A DNA stretch of 64,000 nt, from contig NW_026936630.1 in NCBI RefSeq assembly GCF_032062105.1, forward strand, positions 1 through 64,000, given 5' to 3'. The stretch's first letter is position 1. Each line of letters starts with the position of its first letter. This document shows positions 1 to 12,769 of this stretch, in pieces. The translations under genes and the position numbers were made by a program. Under the pieces are notes generated by a model. That model made no database searches and was not told the origin of the DNA. It worked only from the letters and a program-made list of their open reading frames with translations. The DNA is from Saccostrea cucullata (lineage: Eukaryota).

Positions 1-869
1 ATCAATGCCAATGATGTCATTAGTGCAACTGGAGGAAATGGAGTTTCAACCAGTTCGAGGGCCTCTGAAGAAGTGTCTGGAAGGTAAGGTTAAGGACAGT
101 ATTTAATTTTCTCTTGAATGTAAACTTTTTGGAGGAATACATGTACAATTTATATACATTTAGCACAGCTACAGTCTGTGTCATAGTTTTATGCATTTAC
201 TGAATTACCATACTTTAGTTTAGATTTTTGTTCCATAAAAGGTACATGAACCTGTACATACTTTCATATATACAGAAAAGTTACTTTCAAGATGTCAAAA
301 ACTTTAACAAATTGAATTTCAAGAAAACTAAACCCACAGGAATTTGTAATCTATTTTTTTTTTCTGTTGAAGATCTTTCCTAATTGTGTATGATTTTATT
401 TGCCTGACAGGGAATATAAACAGTTTCATTAGGACAAAACTTGATGATATATATCATTCTCTTGAATGTCATCTTTTATGCATCTTGAGTTTATATGTAT
501 CTACTTTACAACTCTTAATTTTCCAGTAATTCACCTTTATACTTCACTTTATTTCAGCATACAGAAATTAACAGAAAAACAAGAAACAGGCAAACGGAGA
601 AGAAGAAGAAAGAAAAAGAGATGGAAGCACCTGCAGCCGAAGACGTAGAAGAAGAAATAGAGGAAGATGATGATGATGGCAATGATGGGGACAATGAAAA
701 GGATGAAGATTTTGTGGCAGATGAGGAAGATGAAGAAGACGATGAAGAAGAAGGTGAAGAAGAGTCAGTGGGAGGGGGGAGTGTGGTGAATGACAATGCC
801 AGTGTGTCGGGTAGTGTTACAGGTAGTGTAACGGGAAGTGTGGTGGAGATTTCAGATGATGATGGCTGA
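1..869 (+). CDS. POLE3: DNA polymerase epsilon subunit 3 / CHRAC17 histone-fold protein, last two exons (1-83, 558-869), with frameshifts and an in-frame stop as assembled
   Basis: Across frames reads INANDVISA / LEEMEFQ..GPLKKCLE / AYRN*QKNKK..EKKKKEKE, then an acidic tail (ORF 621-869). This matches the POLE3 C-terminus as I recall it ([38 protein letters not shown] + acidic tail). Donor AG|GTAAGG at 83/84, acceptor TTTCAG at 557. Confidence 0.8.
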
Positions 870-2031
870 CAGGGAAAGGGGGGATGAGGGGTGGTCAATG
901 ACATTGCTATAGTGGCAGATAGTGAAATGGAAAATGTGTTGGATATTTCAGATTATGAGAACTGACCAGGAATCTGTGTTTTGTATTATTAGTATTGAAT
1001 ATATATCTGTATAGATGAACTGTTAAAATTGTTAGGAATACTTGTATTAAATCATGCAAATATGCAAACTTGTGTAATGTCATTTGCATCCTGCAGGTGA
1101 ATGATTTTCCAAAATCTGGAAAATTTTTGTTTAAAAAAATTAATAGTGTTTTAATGAACTTTGACTATGAGAGAAGTTACATGCCAATAGTAATTAATCA
1201 CTGTAACTAATGTGATTGAATGAAAAAAATCTTTGAATCGTTACCTTTCAAGTACAAAATTTTGATAAGTAATTGAAGGTAATGACAAACGAAAATAAAT
1301 TTTCTCAAGTATCCCTGCATAGCACACTGGTATAAAATTTGATAAAATCTAAAGAAAAAAAATAGAGGGATTTTTGCCACTACAACACGTATTCTGACTT
1401 CTAAGCAGAAGCAGAAATTTTCAAAGATGAATGCATTTCATTTGAAGAAGCATCAATGGTCCTCACAATTATGTTCAATAAAGCCCAGTTTTAACTTCAG
1501 AGTCCATGACCCCGAGGGGGCATGAATTTTAAAATTTTGGAAAATGTGTCCTTGCTTATCACAACTATTCACCTAGTTAGTCTGCTGAAAACGCAGGGGG
1601 AGAGAACATTTTCAAATGTACATGTATTAGCTACTGTACTTTCACTGTATGTGATCAACTGATCAATAGAGTCCCGTGAAGAACTGCACAGGTTTGGTAG
1701 AAGACCCAGTGCAATACAACCATGCCACAATTTACATGATTTGTAGAAGAAATTAATAAGATCTTGGAAACTGCAACTTCATATAGTATATCATGCAATT
1801 AAAAAGGTCACTGGAGTCTCTGGTGCCCCCAAAATAGTCATTAATTCCAGATAGAGTTGTCTCTCATTGATCCTTGAGAAAATATTTCTGGAACCAACAA
1901 TAACTCTATCATCTTGTAGTAATTGTGTAAATGATTGTGGTACTACGTACATTTTATCACCGTCTCAAAATCAATCTGTGATTGTGAATACTTTCAAATT
2001 AGGTAAATTTTGACCAAGAAGTGCTATTTAA

Positions 2032-3001
2032 AGGGACATGGACAGTTTTAGCAAAGATTTCAAATTTATTTATCCATTTTTGCAAATATTCAACTAAGGT
2101 CTTTCTATATGATATTATCAAAAAGAAATACGCGCGCTAACTCTCGATTCCCGCCTACATTTTGCAACCATTTAATTCAATATAAATGGCAATTTGGCCA
2201 TAAATTCTTTGTTTAATGCAAGGAATAGTTCAGTAAAAATTGATGAATTGTCTTGATACCAGCTCTAAATAGTAAACCATCCCTAATTCCAGCTCTTGAA
2301 AAAAAGGGGGGGGGGTATACGATATTTTCCATTGAAATACGGAGTTTCAGGCATCACCATATTTTGAAATAGTCTTGGATGTGATTAAATGTTCCTTATA
2401 TCTTTTCTTATGTTTTAGGCTAATAAATAAAACATAAATATATTAATAAAATATAATGTTTCATGAAAATCCATATAATTATCTATAAAAAATATTTTTA
2501 AATTTATCGAATTTGTTAACTTTTGAAAATTGACTTGGAGGTAGGCGGGAGAACAATACTATCGTTCGCAGTTTTTTGAATTTCATTTGTTGGAAATAGA
2601 TAGATTTGGAGCTCCAAACCTTTGTTATATAAACAGGGTCCGGCAAGTGAAGTTTAAATTTTTATTTAAACAGGGTGCGTGTCATGTTTTTGTTTATACA
2701 GATTAATATACTAATATATGTTCTTGCAAAGCAGATAATTTCAATAAAGAAGTTAATTCTAAATACGATCGATTAGACATTTTTTAGTGATTTGCTGAAT
2801 TTCATTTTGTTGTAAATATATTTTCTATATGTGAACAAAAACAAGGCACGAGCCTTGTATATATTCTGAAGAACTATTAAGTCCTGTATCTCGTTTGTTA
2901 ATTGATTGAATTTTTGCTGATCTGAAGATGATATCATAGTTAGGAATTGTAAACATTAAGATTGGTTTTGAAAATTCAGTTGAAACTGTGTCCGTGTCCC
3001 T
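2032..3001. mobile_element. Non-autonomous TIR element with TTAA target site duplication (Kolobok-like)
   Basis: TTAA|AGGGACATGGACA ... TGTCCGTGTCCCT|TTAA. Confidence 0.75.
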
Positions 3002-3439
3002 TTAAGGTTTTCAGCGGGCATTGTCGTGTTTATAGTAAAAAGTTATGTTCTTATCATATAGTTAACTAATTCCAATGATATCTTGGATGCTCAAGAAAAC
3101 TTTACACCCGTGCAGAAAGTTTTATCCGAACTGAAAAAAAGAATTAAGAGTTGATAATTGTAAAGTGATTTTAACAGGTTCTTTTAACCTGACTGAAATG
3201 TGGAAGAGGGAAAAAGGAAAGGGGTTCAATTTATACAGGAGGTATAATTTTAAATTTTATTGGAAATTAAAGAAAAAAAAACCCCAGATGATTAAATTGA
3301 ACAAAGAATATTTTCAAATCTAAAAATAAAAAAGATTACACTTCCCTTTAATCATTTGATGAACGAAAAACTCAAGGTTGTTGAAATCCAAGAATAAATT
3401 TTTTTGATCGAACAAGTTTTGAAATGAAAACACCATATG

Positions 3440-5200
3440 CAGGTGACAGTGGGGTATTTCTACATAAATAAGAGAATTTGAATGATCGAGACGCTTAAAT
3501 AATCTCGTTTGTCATCAGGTGACGGTAGGATATTTGTTCATAATTAAGAGAATTAGACGATCGAGACGCTTAAATAATCTCGTTTGTCATCAGGTGAGAG
3601 TGGGGTATTTGTACATAAATAAGAGAATTTGATGATCGAGACGCTTAAATCACCTTGTTTGTCATCAGGTGACAGTAGGATATTTGTACATAAATAAGAG
3701 AATTTGACGATCGAGACGCTTAAATCATCTCGTTTGTCATCAGGTGACAGTAGGATATTTGTACATAAATAAGAGAATTTGATGATCGAGACGCTTAAAT
3801 CATCTCGTTTGTCATCAGGTGACAGTAGGATATTTGTACATAATTAAGAGAATTAGATGATCGAGACGCTTAAATAATCTCGTTTGTCATCAGGTGACAG
3901 TGGGATATTTGTACATAAATAAGAGAATTTGATGATCGAGACGCTTAAATCATCTCGTTTGTCATCAGGTGAGAGTAGGATATTTGTACATAATTAAGAG
4001 AATTAGACGATCGAGACGCTTAAATAATCTCGTTTGTCATCAGGTGAGAGTGGGGTATTTGTACATAAATAAGAGAATTTGATGATCGTGACGCTTAAAT
4101 CATCTCGTTTGTCATCAGGTGACAGTGGGGTATTTGTACATAAATAAGAGAATTTGACGATCGAGACGCTTAAATCATCTCGTTTGTCATCAGGTGACAG
4201 TAGGATATTTGTACATAATTAAGAGAATTAGACGATCGAGACGCTTAAATAATCTCGTTTGTCATCAGGTGACAGTGCGATATTTGTACATAAATAAGAG
4301 AATTTGATGATCGAGACGCTTAAATAATCTCGTTTGTCATCAGGTGACAGTGGGATATTTGTACATAAATAAGAGAATTTGACGATTGAAACGCTTAAAT
4401 AATCTCGTTTGTCATCAGGTGACAGTAGGGTATTTGTACATAAATAAGAGAATTAGACGATCGAGATGCTTAAATAATCTCGTTTGTCATCAGGTGACAG
4501 TGGGGTATTTGTACATAAATAAGAGAATTTGATGATCGAGACGCTTAAATCATCTCGTTTGTCATCAGGTGACAGTGGGGTATTTGTACATAAATAAGAG
4601 AATTTGATGATCGAAACGCTTAAATCATCTCGTTTGTCTTCAGGTGACAGTGGGGTATTTGTACATATATAAGAGAATTTGACGATCGAAACGCTTAAAT
4701 CATCTCGTTTGTCATCAGGTGAGAGTAGGATATTTGTACATGAATGAGAGAATTAGACGATCGAAACGCTTAAATAATCTCGTTTGTCATCAGGTGACAG
4801 AGGGATATTTGTATATAAATAAGATAGTTTGACGATAGAGACGCTTAAATAATCTCGTTTGTCATCAGGTGAGAGTAGGATATTTGTGCATAAATAAGAG
4901 AATTTGACGATTGAAACGCTAAAATCATCTCGTTTGTCATCAGGTGACAGTGGTGTATTTGTACATAAATAAGAGAATTTGACGACCGAGACGCTTAAAT
5001 CATTTCAGGTGACAGTGGGGTATTTGTGAGAATTTGATGATCGAGACGCTTAAATCATCTCGTTTGTCATCAGGTCAGGTGACAGTGACGACCGAGGCTT
5101 AAATATTTGTGAGAATTTGACGACCGAGACGCTTAAATCATTTCAGGTGACAGTAGGATATTTGTACATAAATAAGCAAATTCTGATGATCGAGACGCTT
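3440..5200. repeat. 75-bp tandem satellite, about 23 units, derived from a Penelope-like RT coding segment
   Basis: ATCGAGACGCTTAAAT recurs at 3485, 3560, 3635 and so on. The minus strand of a unit reads DKRDDLSVSIIKFSYLCTNILLSP and the array runs into LSPAYGVFISKLVR at about 3408-3449. Confidence 0.9.
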
Positions 5201-6029
5201 AAAGAGGTTGGGTGGTCGTGGCCATTTTTAGACTATTTTGATCTCCATTAGAAGAAGAGCTCGATATAAAGATATAATAAAATGATCAAATTTTAAAACT
5301 AAAATTTATGAAATTTTTCTTTGCCAAATTGTAGTTGACAGCTTAAGATATCATATCCCAAAATTTAAGTTCTAAATCTGGTGTTTAATAAAGATAATTT
5401 GTTGATCCCCATCCTCCTTGAGTTTATTTATTTGTCATGTACAATTTAGTTGTTAGTTGGCACTTATCGTCTGTAGTCAGTAAAACATTTCAAATATGAA
5501 ACAAATGTGGCAGAATATGTGTTTTCTTTATTTCAATTTTTGTATACAATGCATGTATATCAGATTGATATATGAATGAAAGTAACCACAGTTGTGTATT
5601 GTTAATCGATGATGTCGATATACATATTCTAATGTCTAATTGAAGGCAACAGCACTTTCCTTCTTCCCATGTAGAAGTTTTGAATAAAGTCTGCTTCATG
5701 GGATTATAAAAACAGGTCATCTAATAATAGAGCACAATTTTTAGAAGCACAGCTGAAGTCTAATCATCTAATAATTGAGCACAATTTTTAGAAGCAAATC
5801 GGAAATTTAACAGTTTGTTGAAAGACCTGGTCTCGGATGACTACATACATGTATATGTTGTCATTCAGGAAACCAACCGTCCTTTCAATATCAACTTCCT
5901 TTCTAAGGAGGGAATTCTTTAAAATCAAATGTCAGTTTTGAAAATTTTTAATTTTCCCAACTACCAGAATGAATTTGAATTATCATATTATGAAAATCCT
6001 TACAAACAAAGTAACAAATAGGGTTCCAG

Positions 6030-6690
6030 AAAATGTTCTACCAAGCCTCTTTCTTTGCTTCTCAATAAAATATTAGCAGTAGTGAAGGAAAAACATGAGG
6101 AGTACTGTGGAACAATGTATTCAAGAAGTGGTGTAGATTAGATGTGGATAATGAACTTTTGGAAAATTTGAAATCACAAAATTTTATCAAAAGCAACATC
6201 ATTAATCGTACAACTTTTCAAAATTATTAACAATTCCCCACGATAAATTAAAGTCGGATCTTTTCTGATATCATTGGCAGCTGCTTTTGTAATAAAATTC
6301 GATACACAGGAGCATGCTCTAAGTATTAACAATTTTTAAAACGAGATAAGTTATTGAAAAACAAGTTACTGAAACAAGAATATCAACAGTCTCGACTAAA
6401 GTCATCATTTTGCACACTGATATTTTGTCAGCAAATACAAATTATCATTAAGTCAAATGCTGACTAACGGTTTTCATACTTATTGTTAGACCTTACATAC
6501 ACCTGAATTGACGACGGATATTTCCGTTTTTTTCATAATGACATGGAGCACATAGCGGGAGTGATCGGTCGGCAGGGGACGCTCACGCCTCCATGGCACC
6601 TTATCTTACCCCTGATGGATGTCCGTGTTTGATACATCCTATTTTGTATTGTTGGACTATTGAGCTTGAATGCTTTTCGTTATCTCGATA
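6030..6690 (+). mobile_element. Degenerate, internally deleted Penelope-like retroelement fragment (RT pieces plus conserved 3' end)
   Basis: Residual CSTKPLSLLL..IL..VKEK, YSRSGV..MWI, TIPHDKLKS, RY..ACS..FLKR..LL.NKLLKQEYQQSRLKSSF; 3' motif GGTCGGCAGGGGACGCTCACGCCTCCATGGCACC. Confidence 0.75.
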
Positions 6691-7311
6691 TATTTGATTT
6701 CAGAATACCTTTTTATGAAGAACGAGAGTGATCATTATCTTGGTAAATTTGTTGATGACCAATCACAAGATAGAAAAATTTCCGACCCACAATGTAACTG
6801 AAACAGCAGTTGTTTATGAGTTCAAAATGTCTTGTTTTTATTTATCGTTAGAAACGGATAGAGAAGTGAAGAAAAGTGGTACGTTTTGATGTTAACAACT
6901 TTCGAAAAAAAAAATTTCAATCGATTTCAAATTTCAGTATAGGTAGGGTATTTCTACAAAAATGCACTTTGCTTCATCATCCCTATGATTCTACACTAAG
7001 TCTTAAATAAATATTGTAACCTTAGATTTAGTAAAGTCTGTATTAAAGGAAACTGGAGTTCCTTTTTAACAAGTGTATGACAACGTTTGACATTTGAGAT
7101 GGTTACTTAAATTAATGCTTAAGGGGGATGTACGGCCACTTTTAGTGCAGTGAGAGCAAAATGTAAACATTTCTTCAAATGGCTAAAATACATTATATTT
7201 TGATCAAATTTTAAGTCTTTTTGATAAAGATACAATAAATATGCATAACAAAATGCATGTTGTGCATATATAATCTATACTTTTGCAGAAAAATGCTTTT
7301 GATATGCTCCT

Positions 7312-10300
7312 TAGAACTGCGCAGCTACAGAATTCAGCAGAGCCTTAAAAAATCCAAAAAAATATGCAAACTGTGCATTGATGGTCTCTCTACAACCATT
7401 TGTTGAGAAAATGTCTAAATTTTGCACTTTTAAATGATAATTTCAAGTTCAAAACAAGGTACCATTGTCTTCCAAAAGAGTGTAAAGAACCATGAAAGTA
7501 GTTCATGGATAGCAGCACGTGGTCTATTTTTAGCACAGAATTTTGTTTTCCAGACCTCTTCTTAATATGGAGGGAAATAACATCTTTAAATGTAGAAGAG
7601 AATTACAGTTGCAAAATATTTCAAATAATATGAACACTTTTAAAAGAGGAAAGGTGTTATAGTGTGGCTTGAAGTAATTTATTTTAGTATTATTATCCAT
7701 GCCAAGAAAACCTTAGCATTCTCTCCGTATAGCAAACTTAATAAAAGCCGAATTAACATTAATCTGTGATTCTTCCCCTGGGAGACGCGCGGAAACAATT
7801 AATGTCTGCAGTTTTGAGGGAGGGATCTTAAAATTTACTGGGTTAAAATTATAGGTAGAATATTAGTTATTTAGAAGCCTTTGCCCCCCCCCCCCTCTTG
7901 TCTTTTTCGGGTGGGGGGGGGAGAATGCAAATAATTATAGTAAAGTAATTCTTTAATAAAATAAGCTGCCTTTCAATTTTTTTTACGTAATTCAATTTCA
8001 AAATATTTTTTCTCAGTACAAATAAATTGACATCGGGTAGTTGTGGAAGTACCGCGTCGAAATACAGATAAAAGAGTACCAAATTTCCGGAAGTTTACAC
8101 CATTTCCTGGTTGAACAAGATGGAGACGAGTACTGAATGGGTAGACGTTACCCGATTGGCTATGTGTATATTTTCATTTTAAAGTGAATTTTTTCTTTTG
8201 ATTGTTTGTTAAACGTATTTTGAAAATAAAGATATTTGACAGTAACTTTTTAGGGTATTTGTACTAATTCCTGGGGTAGAAGTTTATTTTTTCTTTAACT
8301 AAGAAAGCTTAAAACCTAGGATCCACCCCCCAAAAGTCTGTTGCCGTAAATTGTCTTGCTGGCGTTTTGGGAATATGGCTGATTTGCATCAATTACACTT
8401 TTATTGACTCAATCGCTGTCGAAATCGGACGAGATTTCTTGGCATGGAACAGCTGTTATATAGTTTACGTATTGATATAAAAAAAATTTAAACTCTTTGA
8501 TTCCAGGCAAGGAAAAAATGAGCACCATCAAAGTTAAAAATTAAGAGTTTGTAAGTTTGCCACAGATAAATTATATTATCTATTAAAATTTAATTATCTA
8601 CAATAAAACACAAAAAAATTTTCCGGATTTTTTTTTTTATTTTTTTTGACGATTAAAACTTCAGACTCCTGTGGATAGCCAACACAAGTTCTATAAATAG
8701 CATATGCTGAAGCACAGGAGTCTGTAGTTTAAATCGTCAAAAAAAATTAAAAAAAAAATCCGGAAAAAATTTTTTCCTACCCTTAACTAAAAAAACCGGG
8801 TTTTTTTAGTTAAGGGTAGGAAAATTTTTTTCCGGATTTTTTTTTTTTTTGACGATTAAAACTTCAGACTCCTGTGGCTGAAGTTTTGATCCTTGTTTGT
8901 GATGTCACAATCTGAAAATGACGTCATTATTCTGGTACTTTTTGACTCAAAAATGGTTGTCTCAGTGGAACTCGTGGCACATGTTTATCTTAGAAATGAC
9001 TTTGAAGTAGCGTATAAGAATTTGTTCATTTTAGTGAAGGAAGGCAGATGGTTAAATATGATACTTGATGTTCCCCGGTGAAAGCAAGTTTGAAAAGGGA
9101 TGTGTTTTTAATAAAGCAATATACTATCAAAGACCTTCAATTAAAATTTTACACTTTGAAAAATACTTGAATATTTCAACAATAATATAAATATCAAATA
9201 CCTAAGATATTGAATGTTTACTTTTTAATCACCCCTCTATTGTGTCAAATAAACATGCATTTATAATTTTCATCACAGAGGAGCAACAGTTGAAAAGGCA
9301 TGAAATCATTCAGAGTGGGTTAGGAGATTTAATGAATAATTTTTTTTATTTCCCCAAATTTTTTCAAAATTACAACTGTACAAAGAAAAAGAGAAAAATA
9401 TCAACCTATAAACATCTTTAAAATGATGTTTGGTGGCCCCCCAACTAGGGAAAAATTTTTGGGGTCCGAATTTATAGGTGAGAAAAAAATCCTAAAAATT
9501 TAAACAGAATTGTTTACGGAAGAAAAAGAAAAAAAATATCGTGTAATGGAATGCTAAAAAAATGAGTCGGGTCATTTCTAGGCAGTAGATCGGGAGAGAG
9601 GGCAACCAAATATTTTTATAACAAGTGGTATTATAAGGCTAGTACATTTTCCCAAAATACTTAGTAATGCTTTTTTTTTTTTAATCTTTGACACTATTTT
9701 AAAAAACAAACATAGGATTTTCGGGGGGGGGGGGGGGGGGGGGTTAACACTATTTTTTTTCCCGATATAGACATAGCATATATGCAAGGGATTTCTTTGC
9801 AAACATTGTGCTCGTTTCAAATTTCATAAAACAACTCATTATATTTTATCAAGCTTCGTATATGTTCAATGAGCGAGAGCTTACAACGTTGTCAACATAA
9901 TGAGACATGAGGGTTTTTTGTGCCCAAAACATTACTCCATACAATGTGTGGGTCATTGCAAACATTCTAGCTATTTATGTGAGGTGCCTGAAGGATATCC
10001 TTAACTGCCATTTTTTTCTATCTAACTTCTAAACAAAATAGACATATGTACCAACTTTTCGAATGTAAGACATGTAATTACAATTTATTTTTCATGCACT
10101 GCATATTGTTTAACATTTTCAAATTAAATGCAAAGATCCTCCTTGCAGTGCCCCATATAAAAATCCATCGCCACAGCAAAAAGACCCACCAAAACACATA
10201 TGTTTAGGACATTTTTATTTTTTTTTTTAGTTTTAAAAAACCAACAAATTATCAAGATTTTTCTATAAAAATTGAATATAATCATGGTAATCAACGGATT

Positions 10301-10739
10301 TATCCACAGCAGATATATGCACATGCCAACCTTGTTTAGGGAAAATATTAAAGAGGAATTTCGAGTTGATAACAAAAGTTTTTCCCGATTTGCTGGAGTG
10401 AGGTTAAAATCGCGTTTTTTCATTAATCAGACGATGCGATGCAACAAATAAAAGTATAAGAAAAAACCAAGATTATTACTTAGTAATTTCTTGCTTGATG
10501 TTATTAGGGTCGATTTATTCAAAATCATTGTTATTCGAACTCTGTGTGACAGAGGAATGGCGGACCAAAATAAACACATGGCCTCAGCAAGACACCCATA
10601 TAAAAAATCAAATTTTCAAGAATTATGGATAATGACAAAAAAAAAACGAAACAAATGGTTGTAGCCATATTACAATAATCAAACTAACTCCATTTTCAAT
10701 GTTTTTTCATCTCGTGAATGCTGTAGCTGCGCAGTTCTA
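7312..10739. mobile_element. Nested TIR element with TAG...CTA termini (Academ-like, tentative)
   Basis: TAGAACTGCGCAGCTACAG at 7312 and its reverse complement ending at 10739; shared subterminal CTACAACCATTTGTT. No clear TSD. Confidence 0.55.
8713..8876. mobile_element. 164-bp foldback MITE with a 7-bp TSD (GCTGAAG)
   Basis: CACAGGAGTCTG...CAGACTCCTGTG, near-perfect palindrome; GCTGAAG at 8706-8712 and 8877-8883; an extra copy of the right end at about 8612-8673. Confidence 0.75.
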
Positions 10740-12769
10740 ACATGATTAATTTTCTTCAAATTTAAAAGAAAAATAAACGTAATTGTTTACGTTTTTGGCT
10801 AACAGTAGGTAATTAGGCATTAGCACTTTGAGTAACTTTGGGCTAGTTTAGAGAGTATTAAGCGCATTCTTGGTATTTTTAGTTTACACCAGACTAGATC
10901 CAATATGGCTTGTACACCCCCCAAAAATCCAAAGAAACCCTAAAAAATTTGATATCACAAGATTATTATCAAACTTGGTACCTTTAAAACTATGTAATTT
11001 CTACACTTTTTTTCTACCCTTTCCCGTGAAAATGAAAGACCAGGATTTTTGACGTAAAAGATAGTCATTGCTTCAATTAAAATGAAAATTCTAGATTTGT
11101 AAATCTTGTCACTGGTCCCCTGCAAGCTTATTTTGTCCAAAAAACCATTATGACTCTACTCTGGTTATAAAAAACAGCATCCTTGCAAGCCAGAGGTCCT
11201 GAGTAGACACGTTGCTGTTTGACCCCATATATTTTTTCAATATATGTGGGCTTGCTTCTCTCATTGAGAAGCACCAATGAAATTAAAGCTTTCAAAACAA
11301 TAGTCAGATAAGGATTCAGCTGACATCTCAAATGCATGTATTACAAGTTGTTTGTCAGAGAATGGCTCAATATGATTGATTGAGAGATAAGAAAAACAAT
11401 CAGGTTATACAATTTTTCCTAAAATTTTGCTACAGTCACCCCACAGATATTGAATGAAATATGCCATGGGTCAAACGGCAACGTGTTGACTAAACCCACG
11501 GCTTGCGAGGATGATAAAGAGATACTTGAGCTTGTCATAAACAATTTATATGTACATTGTTATCCAGAAACAAGAATACCAACATTCTCGTCAAATGTAT
11601 CATTTCTCAAGTTCTATGGTCAAGTAATACCCCCCAGCAAATGCAATCTTTTATTAAGTATAAGGCTGATTGACGTTTTTCATACTAATTATATTAGGCC
11701 ATTATTTACAAAATGAATTGTGTACCGAGTTTTTTGTTTACCAGGTCAGGGGAAAGGGGTAGATGACAGGTGTGAAAATTCAACAACAGGTACCACTCCT
11801 TTTGACACCCATCTTATGAACGTGTTTGCACTGCTTTTCTGGCACCTGATCTCTCCTCTGTTTTCAAATGAGTGTGTTTGCTCTGCTTACAGTTTGTTTG
11901 AAACATTCAAAGTATATTTGCTTATATGTCTTATATATTAGGTGAAAGGGATTTAAAAACCATATATTTCTTTCCTCATCACAATTGTACAATTTTAAAA
12001 AAGAAATGGTAAAGTGTGTTTGAAAATTAGCAGGGACTATATTTTTGGCGGAATGGTGGTGTATGAAATATCTTCTTTTCTGCCTCTTAAAATTATGATA
12101 GAACAATGAATTTATTTATAACTTTTACTCAATGGAAGACTTGGAGAAATTTTCAAATGTAAGTTAAATTAATAATGAGGGACTAAACTTTCAAAGTATA
12201 TCAAATAAATATGATTTTTCAAACAAACTGACCTTTGTTAGGTTTTAAACGCTTCCTATCAAGGTGCAGATTTGAGCCTGAAAAATCCATAAAAAGTATT
12301 TTTTCTCTAGTGAACCATCAAAACTTTTTGTTTTTGTATCATTTTGTACATTTATAAGACTACTTTATTATATATGTGAAAATAAGAAAAAGTTAAATAT
12401 AGGAAGCATCTGAAAATAATTATTATATCCTAAAAAATAAGAAAAACAGAGAAAATTTGGATCAGCCAATATCCAGTTTTGTTAAATTATATATGTATAT
12501 TTGGTAATACTGATAGACCCATATAGTAATATGTTTTTATGAAAAAAGAGCAATCTTTACACTTTTGAAAAAAAGGGGTATAATGTTTGGCAACAGTATT
12601 TTTTTTTATTCTTAATGTCACGGAAAAAGATAATGACCTTGACCTGACCTTGCCTCTAATATAAAATGGTCAAATTTAATCTCACTGATACTATCACTTA
12701 CTGATATTTCTTCTTATTCGTGAGAATTTTATTAATTTTTAAATATTAGAAATATGAGAAAATCCCACC

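Larger units (their letters stand above)
7123..10922. mobile_element. 3.8-kb TIR element inserted at TTAA (Kolobok-like), carrying nested elements
   Basis: Ends GGGGGATGTAC / GTACACCCCCC. The paralogous segment at 13421-13470 shows the empty site (TGCTTAAGAATCCAAA). The right-hand TTAA is degraded. Confidence 0.7.

Noticed and set aside
554-904. Ser-rich minus-strand ORF
   Set aside because: Antisense of the acidic POLE3 tail
3440-5200. CRISPR-like array
   Set aside because: Units are contiguous near-identical 75-mers with no unique spacers, no cas genes, and a eukaryotic context
11920-12215. Similarity to 63130-63410 as a functional long-range repeat
   Set aside because: Most simply a dispersed repeat adjacent to the non-LTR fragment
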